Shown here one piece after another: positions 13,840 to 26,078 of a DNA stretch of 64,000 nt. A model generated the notes under the pieces. That model saw only the letters and a program-made list of their open reading frames with translations. It made no database searches and had not been told where the DNA came from. A program made the translations under genes and the position numbers. Source of the stretch: Chlorokybus atmophyticus (taxonomy: Eukaryota > Plantae > Mesostigma and Chlorokybus algae). The stretch spans positions 300,015 through 364,014 of the forward strand of contig RHPI01000008.1 of NCBI GenBank assembly GCA_009103225.1, read 5' to 3'. Position 1 is the first letter of the stretch. Each line of letters begins with the position of its first letter.

Positions 13840-14512
13840 TGTGACGGTGCTCGTGCCTTGTCACCTGTGAGTGGGTCCAATCAACAACCCTCGCACCAAG
13901 ACACGATATTCACACCAGAACCTTGCCCCCTCTGCCAAGCACACACGCGCGCCCCGCCACTTGCGTACGCACGCGCATGCGCTTGAAGCTACACACCGAC
14001 TTGTGTAGCAACTTGGATTGTCTCACAAGCAAGCACACACCAGTGGACACACACTAGCAACCCCTGGTCACCACCACCAAGCTTGCACACCAGAAACTAG
14101 GGAGCTAAAGGTTGTATTGAACATTGTAGAATGTTGCTTTTATACCTAAAAGTCTGCACATGCTACTGTCGAGACGATTGCCGTGCTACACAAAACTAGA
14201 CGCTAAGATGTCATTGCAGAACCTTGTAGTATACTATACTTTTAGATCTTTCTTACGCACCAAAGATCTCCTGATTAGGTGCTCATATGGTCAAGTTATA
14301 CTGCTTGGCGCCAGGCCCTTCCAGAAATCTGGTCGAGCCCTTCTCGACTGGCCCTCCGTTTTCTGGCACCTCCGGACTGGTCCTGGGGCTCGGTCGATAT
14401 CCGCGGCAGACTCATAACTCGCCAATATCTGTCACAAGTCATAAAAACGTGGTGCTCGACAAATGGTCCAAAAAAGGTCCTAAAAACATGAAGCTTGGCC
14501 TCGACTGTTACT
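13840..14512 (-). repeat. 5' LTR of gypsy copy A
   Basis: Homologous to 8216-8877 with many substitutions and small indels; terminal base altered (TGTTACT versus TGTTACA). Confidence 0.93.
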
Positions 14513-14931
14513 TAGCTCGCACAAACAGGCGGCCCAGGGAGAGAGAGAGATAGAGGGGGGGGGGCATCGCCCACGACGTCGCGCTCCGAGGCCCGAAACC
14601 AGGAGCGCTGTAGCGCGCGCAACAACCAGCCAAGCAGCTCAGGCCTAGCTGGCACAAACAGGCGGCCCAAAGATATGAAAAGTGCGCCACGTCAGTTTCC
14701 CGCGCCGCACATCCGTCAGCAAAACTACAAATCAACTAAATGATTGCCACTAGCAAGTTGCCAACCATGGCCGCGTCAAAATCGACATGGGTATAAGAAT
14801 ATATGTGCTCAACAAGTCGCATCGCCGTGTAAGTTAAGGCTAAATCAGGCTAAAATTGAAAGCCGGGGCGGTAAACTGCAGCAGCCCGCTTCGTTTTCCG
14901 TTGCGTTTTTGCGCCTCCCGTTTCAGCAGCG

Positions 14932-17806
14932 ATGTTGGTGGCCGGGCGGGAGGCGGCGGGGGCGTCGGCGTCGGCGTCCGTGTTGGCGGGGTGGGCCTCC
15001 TGCTCCGGCGTGACCACCCTCCCTGCCAAGTTGAGGCTTGGTAGAAGGAAGGAGCGCCAGGTGAGCCGCTGCTTGGTCGTGCTGGTGGTTGCTGCTGCCG
15101 TTGTTGTTGTTGTTGTCGTGCTCCTGCTTGTCGTTGCGCTTGTGCTTGTTGTTACCTGGCGACAATGTCGAGTTTGTGCTTGCTACCAGCGAGCTCACGT
15201 CAGCTGATGACTCGTTAGGGGACCAGCAACTCTGGGTGCCATTGTGTCTGCTAGCTCAGCATATCGGGCAACATGCAGTCTGCTACATGTGTGCGCGATT
15301 GCGTCGTCGGCAGTGCGTCGTTTGACCTTCACTTGTCGTGAAAACAATGTCGCGTAAGTGTTAACACTATTTCTGTGACTGTACGACTCTTACTGCTAAG
15401 TCGTGCCCCCCAACCTTGACGCNCTACATGCTGGCTCGACAGCAGCTGCAGTTGCATGACTGCATGTGCAATGCTCACAAGTATGCGCAAGTAATTTTTT
15501 TTACCTTAGTTAGTCTGTCTCTAAAGGTTGATCCTCCTTACTGCAGCAGCAACCATCCTCCATTGGGTTGCAAAGGCACGTTACGCTTGCACCCGCTTGC
15601 TCTGGAGTTTTTTCGAGAAGGAGGGGAAAGAGACATACAGGTTACGCGACTGTGAGTCCACAGTGCATTGCAGAGCCGGCCGGCGACAACAGCTCGTCAG
15701 GAAAGATCTCAAGGTTCATCAAGTTCGTGAGCACCGGCGGGCGCTCGAGAGCGCGAGTTGCTATCACAAGTGCAGTCGTAGTACCCGACGCTGAGCCGGA
15801 AGCGGTGAGTCCGCCCGCGAACATGGCGACCGCCATCAACATGGCCACTGTGGTAGAGCGGGCAACTGAGTACATGATACCCAGCACCTACAGGGAGCTG
15901 GGCGGCGCTCTTTCAGCCAGTCCAGCACAGGTAAATTGCGTTACCTCACAAGCATGCGCGTGCTCCCAGTGTTAAGGTGAAGCTTTTCATGTGCATGCAT
16001 GTCGAGTTCCAGCTTTTAGGGATCACTGATGACATGCCCAGTTCATCGTTTTCTAGCTGCTGAACAAAGCATGTTTGTTGCAGCTGGGAACGCTGACATG
16101 CTGCGGGACAGTTGTCGCATCACTGGTGGCTCCTCTATGTGGCATTGCTGGCGACAAGTAAGTGCTGCTCTGCATTCCATGCAGTTTGTCACTGCATGCC
16201 GTTGACACGTCTTTTAATGGCTTTACTTGTAGGTTTGATCGACGGCTGTTGCTCGGTGGTTCATGCATAGCCTTCGCAGCCTTGACCGCTGTGTTTGGAC
16301 GGTATGTCACATCCTACCCGCCTGCGGTGGGCATAGTATGCCTTACAGCAATTGCACTCTCGCTGGCCATTGCTTCCATCCAGAGTCTTACTGCGGACAT
16401 GCACCCGCCCGAGACGCGCGGTCAAGCCTTTGGGTAAGCAGTGTGTGCACTCGCGAAGAACACACAACGCATTTACCTTTGTATTCCCACAACCTCCTTG
16501 CACAACACCACTGAGGTCAGTGTCTCGCCAACCAATGCAGCACCATGCAACTTGTGGCCAACATTGGAGGCGTGACGGGTGGCTTCTTCACAATGAACCT
16601 CGCAAGTTCAACTATCATGGGGATGCCTGGATGGCGGTTTGCATTCCAGGTCATTGCTCTGGCCAGTGCCGCCACAGGTGCGCAAGCTTCCCTATGCTGA
16701 CGTGCACTGCTTGCTGCATTTGTACTTGTGCCCTGCCTCTGACTTGTTGGGCTTGGACAGGTGTATATGTGCTTGGGCATGTTGTTGATCCTCGCCATAC
16801 TGGAGCAGCTGTCAAGGCGCAGCAACACAGCAAGTCAAGTAGTACAGATGTAAGCTGGCAGGACTTGAAGGCCATCTTCTCGCTGCCGACCTTCTGGGTC
16901 ATCGTGGCGCAGGGCTGCATTGGATGCATAGCCTGGAACGCGATGGTGTTCTATACACTCTGTAAGTGGCGCTCAATTGCATGTATGGTGAGACACAACA
17001 CAATCATCCAATTGACTGCGTCCCATTGGCAGTGTTTCAGCACGTCGGGTTTTCTGATTTGCGGGTCAGCATGCTCCTCGCTGCGTTCAACTTTGGCAAT
17101 GCGGCTGGTTGCTACTTTGGGGGATTGATTGGGGATTGGGCCGGTCGACATTGGTCCAACACGGGTCGTATTGCTGCTGGGCAGTTCAGCGTTGTAGCTG
17201 GAATTCCTTTTAGCTTCATTCTTTTGCGAATGCTCCCACAGGTACAGCTCTTTGCAGCAGCTGTCAGTTTTGCCGTGTCATCCCTTGCTCACAACCTCAA
17301 CACTTTCTACAGGAGCCTTCGGCGTTCCCGTTGTATGCACTCACCCTGTTTTCAATGGGTTGCTTCATCACTTGGGCGGGCACGGCCTGCAATGCACCCT
17401 TGTTTGCGGAGGTCGTTCCCGCCCAGCTGCGATCAACAGTTTATGGCTTTGACCGCGCCCTGGAGGGAGTTGTTGCGGCCATGGGCGCTCCTTTAGTTGG
17501 CTTTGTCGCTGAAAATGTAAGCAACCTGTACATTCATTGCACAGCATCTGCATTGGCGTTCAAGTATCATCGTTGGTAACCCTTTGGTTCTTTGCACAGG
17601 TTTATGGATACACAACCAAGGCCAATGTTGCAGGGGCAGTCAGTGCACTGAACGCACGAGCGCTTTCAGAGAGTTTGTTCCTCTGTTCCTGGTTGCCGTG
17701 GCTGTTGTGTGCGCTGCTGTTTACTGGCCTCTATTGGACATACCCTGCAGATAGGTTGAGGGCGCTAGAATGGGAATCATCACGTTTTGGGAAGAAAGAG
17801 GATTAA
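14932..17806 (+). CDS. Major facilitator superfamily transporter (plant spinster-like MFS), multi-exon
   Basis: Spliced exons: AINMATVVERATEYMIPSTYRELGGALSASPAQ|LGTLT...LVAPLCGIAGD|RFDRRLLLGGS; LTADMHPPETRGQAFG; FSLPTFWVIVAQGCIGCIAWNAMVF; NAPLFAEVVPAQLRSTVYGFDRALEG; stop 17804-17806. Conserved part starts near ATG 15823; the upstream exon from 14932 is tentative. Confidence 0.88.
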
Positions 17807-18287
17807 GGGTTAGAGATGCAGTTGTAGTTTGGGGTGTACACTCGACCGGCAATGCACTTTGCGCACTACAAGAGCGGCTGGCTCGATGGTTGTAGGGGGT
17901 AAGTGGGGTTGTTGGGAGATAGACAGGGTTGGAATGTTAAGGTTTGGCGCAGTCTTCATTGTTGGTGCCCACCCAGCGCTCAGCAAGCAGGTGTACAGTA
18001 GTTGTGTTATAATACTTGGGAGAGTGTTTGTGACAAGCTGACAGTTTGGGCTCAAGTTGTTGAAACTTGCACGTGCTGTTGAGATGCATCTGACAACTTG
18101 ACAGCTGGCTTTACACCACATTCTGGAGTTGCACTACACCGCAAGAAACTTAGTACACGGGTGACAAAAATGTATCGTGTTTTGTAAGTAAGTTCACACA
18201 ACAACAACTACTATTGCAGCTGACAAGTGCCTTGCCTGTGTGTATGTTGGTTGTACTAGAGACATATCGACAATGAACATTCATCGT

Positions 18288-18610
18288 GGCGAGAATGACA
18301 CTCACTGACTTAAGCGGGGGCCTCACGTGTATAAATAAAGAATAATCACATCAAGCCAATATGGGCTTTGTGTACCAGGTACTCTGTACCTTGCTCGCTT
18401 TACATGTGTTCATAAAACAGCAGATGCAAAGTCGCGGCGAGAATGACACTCACTGACTTGAGGGGGGGCCTCAAGTGTGCAGAAAATTCGAGAGGGGTGT
18501 GCCCATTCATTGTATCAACAAAGCCATAAGCACATGAAACTATCATGGGCTTTGATGTACATGTGTTCCTTGCTCGCTTCATATGCGTACATATAACAGC
18601 AAGTGCAAAG
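18288..18610. repeat. Degenerate two-copy tandem duplication
   Basis: GGCGAGAATGACACTCACTGACTT at 18288 and 18436, each followed by ATGGGCTTTG and CCTTGCTCGCTT blocks. Confidence 0.8.
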
Positions 18611-20045
18611 CAGCATCCAATTCACATGAATTTCATATCACCTATCGTATGGGGACATATATTGTCATACGCATTTTACCCTCGGGTCTGATGGCAGAGA
18701 CGTGTCCATAGACATTTACTCCTGAGGCCATTACTGGTTTGTTTTATGATTAAAACTTGAGTTTGGGTCCCTTTGCACATAAAACAAGTGGTTAGCAGTC
18801 GCGGTAGTCGTGTAAAAAATCAACATGCATGCTATGTACGTCGTATTTGCATGTCTAAAATACCATATGCATTGAACATTACGAAGGTAATGCAACATGA
18901 TGTACATGCAACAAAGTTTGCGCTTTGCTGTAGCCAAAACATATCATTTGTTGGTTTGACTGCATGACAGTAGCAATAAGCCTATAGAAAAATCTTTAAC
19001 TACTGGATTATTAATTAGGCCGGCCGTGACGATATTGCTACCTGCTTTTGCCATGCTTCAACAACCATAAAATAAAGCCACAATTGTGTGCATCTTTTTA
19101 ATGGCTCTAGCTTTGGCTATGGGACGCAATATGGTAGCATTGTGATGTGCACAGTATTGCAACATTATTGGGTAATCAGAGAGAGCGGATGTGTGATTGG
19201 GGCCGCATATTAAAAATGATTATTTTAACGCCAGCCTCTGCAATAAGCAAATCAGCTATATGTAAAAACCCTATATCTATGCAGCACTTCAATGGTGATT
19301 TTGATGGCATACGTGCTTGTTGCAACCTTAACGAAATTCTTGCATTATATGTCTTTCTATAATCTCATTCAGTATCAGCTTCATTCAATTTACATGTGCT
19401 AAGAAAGAGCACTTGGTGCCATGCGTTGTTTCGCGATCAACAAATGGCTACTAGCTCGATCACTTAAAAACAGCTGTATTTAAAAATTAAACTCACAACA
19501 TGCCGTACGCCGCATATAAATTCCTCATAAACGAAGAACTTTTTCTTTAGCAATTTCAACCGATTGAGCACAAGCCGCAGTAACAACTGATTGAGCATAA
19601 TGCGCAACAGTAATTTCTATCTTGAGCATAAGAGCTTGCCATGTCCCAATCGCTACTTATTGATTGGCAAGTTGAGTTAAAGCGCCTGAAATCCTTGTGT
19701 AGAAGACAAGCAGCGAGCCTTGTGGTTGTCAAATCTCTCTCTGTACTAAACGGCAACAGCAAGCATACAATTGTCAAGGGCGTTGAAGAGTTGGCAAAAG
19801 TATGCTATACAAAAATCTGCGAGCACAACAGGTAGGGCCTAAGCGAGTCGTGCAGGACTTGGCCTAGAACTTCTGGGCCATAAGGTGGCGTCTCGGCGCA
19901 AGCGCAGCGCCAACGGCGTTGATGGTAAAGAGCCCGCCTGTGCACCGCCAGCCTCAGTGCAAAGACAGGATGCCGAGTGCGCATGGCATCCGACCAGCTA
20001 GCTCTGGTGCCAGTCTCGTCAGCAGCTAGAAGAGCAGCAAGCGGC

Positions 20046-22263
20046 ATGAAGTGCAATGCGTGCTGGAAGGTGCTGGAAGGACGGGCAGTGGCAACGTGTT
20101 GCGGGCATGTCTACTGTATCCTCTTGCATGCCGCACGCTGCGTGTGTGCATGCATGCACGCTGGTGCTATCAAGCAGCTGACAGGCACTGTTTTGCCGTG
20201 TCATACTGTCCGCAAGCACAACCGTTGTGACTATTTTTCTTGTTGAGTTGTTGCTACATGTCAAGCAAGCTGTGCCAGTGAATGTGCGTCAGAGTTAGTG
20301 GTTGGTCATGCAAATTGTGGGCACAGCTGCTGCATGCCGCACGCTTCGTGTGCGCATGCACTCTGGCTATCAAGCAGTTGACAACCACTGTTTTGCCGTG
20401 TCATATTGTCCGCAAGCACAACCGTTGGGACTATTTTTCTTGTTAAGTGTGATTGCTGCATGTTAAGTAAGCTGTGCCAGTGAGTGTGCGTCAGAGGTAG
20501 TGGTTGGTTACGCAAAATGTGGGCACAGCTGCTGTAGCCTGCACTGCTGAGCCGCTGTGGTGTAACACAAGCAACGGCTGTGAATGCTGACTTTTGTTTC
20601 CGACAATTCAAAACTCAGCTTGCATGCCTTGACAGCACTAGCAGGTCAAGAGGATGCCGCGAAGATCCTGTCAGCAGACTCAACATGTCCCCTTTGCGAC
20701 CAGATCTTGTCAAAAGGGTACGACACACCAAGCCAAACCGCATTGATTACTCGTTGTGTGTGGCTTTCTGTGATCATGTGTAAGCCCTGGATCCACTGCT
20801 TGTCAGCACGTAACATGCACAGTTTGAGGTTGTTTGTACTGTACGCATGCTCCAGCACAGTTGGTTTGCAGGAACATGAAGATGGTGGAGCTCAGTCCTT
20901 CAGATGAGCGACTGAACGTACGATGTATTTCATGCTTGAGCACTGCTTACTGCAGATAAGAACAGCTTCGCTTGACCCTCACTGTACGTTTTGCAGATGT
21001 CTCTTATCGGCATCCCACCCCAAAGCAGTATCCTTTGCGAAGCAGTGTGTTGCTGCTGCAATGTTGTGTCTGTGTTGTGGTGTGCTCAGCAGGCACTGCT
21101 CTGTGCTTGCGTCACAACATGCCAGCTGCCTAGCAGTGGTATGAGCTGTGTACTGTGGTGCGCGTCGTGAGCTGACGCAGTGATAAGTGTTTTGTTTTGG
21201 TCGGATTATGAAGGGGCCACATTGGAAGCTTTCTTTGACCCCCCATGTCATTAGTTATGAAGAGCGCTTTCAAGGGTGTCATCTTCTGGATCGGCCAAAA
21301 GGATGTCGAGTCTCAGATGATCATAAGTAAGGCGCAGCACCTGCGGCAGAAGTATGACGAGATGCAGAGTAGGTACACGCAGAAGCTGGAAGAGGTGCAC
21401 GGGGCATACCAGAAAGCGATGCGCACCGTGCAGGCCCTCAAGCAAGAACGAGAGCAGCTGCTCAATGACAAGAACGAGCTACAGGAAAAGTATGCAGAGA
21501 AGTCCAGGTATGCTTGCTGGCTCGCACACAGTTCTGCATGTGTGTAAACGAAACTTGCATCACATCGAAGCTGCATTGCAAGTTGCATTAGTGCATTAGT
21601 GAGGGTGATGGTTAGCTCCAGGTAGCGCGGGTACAAGTCCAGGCGTCGGTGGTGGCCGGAGGCAGTGCCCAATGCTAATGTGCATGGGGGTTTGACAGGC
21701 AGAAGCGGAAGTTGGAGGAAATGTATGAGGCCTTGAGGGCAGAGTACGAGCAGCTCAGGGCGGCAGTGTCAACGCAACCACGGCACACATCAACAGCTCA
21801 GCACCCAAACCTCATGGCAGCGCCAGTTCGAGAGCCCGGGACCGCAAGGCTTCAACGCACCTCGCATTTCGTCACCAACTTTGACACCTCCCCCTTGAAT
21901 GTTCCTGCAGCTCGCCAGGCTCCCATGTTTTCGGACCCTGACATCGGCCGAGCACCAATGGGTAAGCTAGTAGGTGTTCTCTACGACGTTGTCACCTGAG
22001 TATGCAGTCGCACAGCAGGCTTTCAAGCAGGTCTATGATTGAGCGCGTGTATTGAGGGCATACCCAGCTCTAGAGTCAAAACATGTTGTTAGCTAAGTTG
22101 CAAGTACTGCTACACACGATCATGCGCAGGTACAGGTGGACCGGATTCGCTACGGTCGTCGCATCCATTTGCCACACCGGCTGGCAACCCGTCCTTTGCG
22201 CTTAGGAACTTGCTGCTGTCGCCCATGCGAAGGCCAGCATCCAGGATGCCGAGATCTAGTTAG
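20046..22263 (+). CDS. HEI10: HEI10/CCNB1IP1 RING E3 ligase (meiotic ZMM crossover factor)
   Basis: MKCNACWKVLEGRAVATCCGHVY|CQEDAAKILSADSTCPLCDQILSK; MKSAFKGVIFWIGQKD...YTQKLEEVHGAYQK...ELQEKYAEKSR|QKRKLEEMYEALRAEYEQL; C-terminal LRNLLLSPMRR; all match plant HEI10 as I know it; stop 22261-22263. Confidence 0.95.
20125..20533. repeat. ~206-bp tandem duplication in HEI10 intron 1
   Basis: Units start TGCATGCCGCACGCT at 20125 and 20331 and share long internal blocks. Confidence 0.9.
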
Positions 22264-25200
22264 TGAGAAGCTTATAACCAGCTTTCAACTCCTAGCTACC
22301 TGAAGCCTCGCATCGACGCACCACAGCTGTGACGCTACAGCACAACCATCAACACGGGTGGTTGCAGATGAAGTGTGTGTCAGCAGCGTGTTGGCAAGTG
22401 GGTACGGTAGATTCCTGTTCCAGGTGTTGGCTCACCTGAGTCATGGAAGGGTGGCTCAGCACTCTATGAGCTGTTGCCGGCCTCCAGGCCGTGCCCTACG
22501 CAAGGTAATGGGCAAGGTAACAGCTCCCAATGGTTATTAGTTGGAGGCAACATTTGCCATGTGCCAATGACATGTACAGCTTGTGATAAGTTGAGTTCTT
22601 TGCAGGTTGTGTATGTACATATGTACATACAATGCGCGTGGCATATGCTCATGCTGTATGCTTATTTGTTTGTGTAAGCATGTATCCATTGCAGCGCATG
22701 CGTTTAGCAATCACCACAGAGGCTGCTACTAACATTACTGTACAAGGGTACAACATAGCGCCAGTTGTTCGCTACCACACACGGTGCCGTCGCCGTACAA
22801 AGCACACGCCACGCCACGTGCACGGCACGTTATGTATCATGTACACCATCACATCCCATCAGCTACCCACCACGCAGCGGGCACGCGATGCGCAGGCAAA
22901 CACTACAGTACAATCCCACGCATGGTGTGCCATATTTTGTGACTCACAAGGTGTCTAGCATCGAATGCTATAGAGACCGCTGCACATGCCATGTGCATAT
23001 GTACACATAGTAATGGTTTCTGGTGCACCATCAATGTCCTTGCAATCGCTGTTACAAGACAACTTCAATCCCAAGAAACCGCAACTGAAACTACAGGATT
23101 ACAGGAGTCAAAGTGCGAGCTGCATCCACTTCGCGGTCACCTGACATCTAACATGTACAATATATAGGATGCAGAGATTGTGGCACATGTGTCTAAGCGG
23201 TTGCCCTTGCGCATACCGTTTGGACTTGTGCTACTGTTCTTGCTGTTTGTAGGTGTTGCACCCGAGCCGGGTCACCACCGGCACCTTGTGCGCGATTCTG
23301 TGATGACATTACTAATGCAGCAAGTGTTTGTATACTACCACAACAGCGTGAGCGTCCTAGCCCGGTGCGTGCCACATGGCTAAAACTTTGAAAATGCCAA
23401 TCGCTGCAAGTATCGTGACCACATTCCAAGCAGATTAGTTCATACCGCTGGCTTAGAGGCATGGCCCTTTTGGCAGCAAGTATTATAAGATGTAAGCAAG
23501 CATGGTTTGCATGCTGCGTGGTGCAGACCCGCGAGTGAGTTGCGCTGAACGTTGGGCTTCTAATGTATCAGAGAAAGTGGCAAGCGCGCTGCAGCCACAT
23601 CTATGTCGAACGCTACCTTGGCTACTGCAAGTTCGTGTACTCGGTGTCAAGCTGAGCTACATTATCTTTACTGGTACTGGTATTTAGTGCTACTATCATG
23701 CTTTTGTCACGCGCATGTGTGTCGGTGGCGCAACGCATAGGTTATGAAGGCTTTGGGGGTCATATTGCATAAGTTAGAGCTGAGTTACAATCAGCACATT
23801 GAGGTGTAAGTCAAAGACGCTGGTGGGACTCACATGACTGGAAATCGCTGGTTGCGACTGATTTCAAATCTCTCGAAAAGTTGCATTGTAGTCATGGCAG
23901 CCAAACTGGTAAAAACGGTTGTAAAGGCATGCTAGGCAGGGTATGTGAATGACTTGGACTTGCATTCTTGCTAGTTGAGCGCGAGTCCCTTGTTCTATTT
24001 GCAGTATACAGCTACTTGAAGAGGCTCCAACACTTGGTTGGTTGTTGCCTTTGTTGTATGCTTGCGTTGAGTGTGCACATGCTAGGATATGCTTGGGTGA
24101 AGTCACTTCACTAAAGTATATGAGCGTGCCACACTTTGTGACCGGACTTAGCCCCAGGCTCATCTCCTCGTGCAGGCCAACTGAAGTTGTAGTTGCCCAT
24201 GTTTGAGTCGAGGTTGGCTAAGACACGCGCTTGTTACTTGCGCTCAACTTTCTGGCATAAATGTGTGCGGGTGTTTGCAGTTGTGGTTGTGGAGAACGAG
24301 GAATGCCTTGGGAAACAAGGCTTGCAGCCGGTTTGGAGGAGCTTGAAGTCCCGATAGAGGAGAGAGAAGAGTTGCTCGAGAAGGAGGTGCCTACTTCCTC
24401 AAATGAGTGAGACTTCAATGACGAGCCAGCTGGTGACGAGGAAGACCACGAGGACGTTGAAGAGGAGGAGCTTCATTTGATGGACACTTTGTTAGGCATC
24501 TTGGAGCTACTCAATGACATGACAGGTTCGAGTGTCGCATGCTCAGCCAATCACCAGCTGATCGGCACTTGATAAGTCATGGAATTATCATATAGCATTC
24601 AAGATGATGGAGGGAGCGCGAACTGCGGCGCGTTTCAGCGGTCGGCCTAGCATTTTGGAGCTACTCAATGATTGGTTCAAGTGCCTCATGCTCAACTGAT
24701 CAGCACTTGATAAGTCACGGAATGAGCATAAAGCATTCCCGATGATGCCATTATCGGGGCCTAAGTTCTTGGAGGATGAAGCTTTAGGCACGTGGAGGAA
24801 GTTGAAGGCACGAGAATTGGTGTGTAGAGCTGAATATGGAGGTGAGATTCAGAAGGAGTGGGCGAAGGTAATGTGTGTGAAAAGGTTCACGGTAGTCATG
24901 GTGTTGACGTCGACATATCCACAATCGCACGGGGTGTGGGACGCGGTCAAGAGCAACGGCAAGCAGCGGTAATAATAGCAACCTGCAGAGCGCATGCAGA
25001 AGTCAGAGGTTGGACCGGGCGCCCATCAAGGAGCAGCATGCATGACAGCTTGGACGGTAAGGTCGACGATTAGATGACAGTTAATGGCGTGGGCGGATCC
25101 TCAACAGCCATTAACCATTAACACGGTGGTCGTGTACTTACGACTGTGCTCTTTAAGTTAATGGATCGTATGTATTACATACATGTGGAACACGTACGTG

Positions 25201-25319
25201 TTGATTGTTGTAAGCCGCAGATTAGGGCACTCGTAAGTAAGTAACTCATTAGGGCTATGTATTTAATCATCGTAACGCAGGCTACTGATGTGCGCTTGCT
25301 GCCAGCTAGTGGCACATAA

Positions 25320-25985
25320 TGTACCAGTCAAGGCCAAATTTCATGATTTTCATGGCCATCTTAGGCCTTATTTGTGAGGTATCATGTTCTGCATGACTTA
25401 GCGGATATCGGCGAGTTGCGAGTCTGCCGCAGATATCGACCGGCCCAGGGCCAGTCTGGAAGACGCCAGAAAACGGAGGGCCAGTCGAGAAGGGCTCGAC
25501 CAGATTTCTGGAAGGGCCTGGCGCCAAGTAGTATAACTTGACCATATGAGCAGCAAATGAGGAGATCTTTGGTGCGTCGGAAAGTTCTAAAAGTGTACTA
25601 CAACATTATGCAAGAATATCTTAGCTTCTAGTTCCGTCTAGCGCTAGAATCGTCTAGACAGTAGCATGTGCAGACTGGTAGGTATAAAAGTGACATTCTA
25701 CATTTTGCAATACAACCTTTAGCTCCCTAGTTTCTGGTGTGCAAGCTTGGTGGTGGTTAGCAGGGGTTGCTAGCGTGTGTCCACTGGTGTGTGCTTGCTT
25801 GTGTGACAATCCAAGGCGCTACACAAGTCGGTGTGTAGCTTGGAGCGCATGCGCGTGCGTACGCGAGTGGCGGGGCGCGCGTGTGTGCTTGGCAGAGGGG
25901 GCAAGATTCCGGTGAATACCGTGTCTTGGTGAGAGGGTTGTTGATTGGACCAACTCACAGGTGACAAGGCACGAGCACCGTCACA
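25320..25985 (+). repeat. 5' LTR of gypsy copy B
   Basis: Direct repeat of 30745-31416; reverse complement of the copy A LTRs. Confidence 0.95.
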
Positions 25986-26078
25986 ACCGGTTTTGGAGCA
26001 CGGTTTACGAAGGTAGAGCGGAAGTGTGTGGGAGTTTACACTTTTCATTCGGAAGCGGAGTGTAGTGTGTTAGTGGAG

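Larger units (their letters stand above)
8216..14512 (-). mobile_element. Ty3/gypsy LTR retrotransposon (chromovirus-like), copy A, full-length but degenerate
   Basis: LTRs 8216-8877 and 13840-14512, 5-bp TSD TAGCT (8211-8215, 14513-14517), PBS and PPT present, order gag-PR-RT-RH-IN-chromodomain. Confidence 0.97.
8113..14669 (+). repeat. Tandem ~130-bp unit headed by (GA)n/poly-G, first visible copy split by the LTR element
   Basis: Unit GGGCATCGCCCACGACGT(T/C)GCGCTCCGAGG...GCAGCTCAGGCCTAGCT|(C/G)GCACAAACAGGCGGCCCA occurs as 8130-8215 + 14518-14537 and again intact at about 14540-14669. Confidence 0.85.

Noticed and set aside
23860-24980. Fragments faintly like a hAT dimerisation domain (CWSLFK*LYTANRTR) plus an acidic stretch and short internal repeats
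   Set aside because: Motifs are weak, on inconsistent strands and full of stops; family cannot be assigned without a search.
25073-25095. Partial inverted match to 54231-54261 (CCCACGCCA...ACTGTCA.CTA) as a possible TIR pair for a giant element
   Set aside because: The match is short, gapped and does not extend, and there is no TSD.
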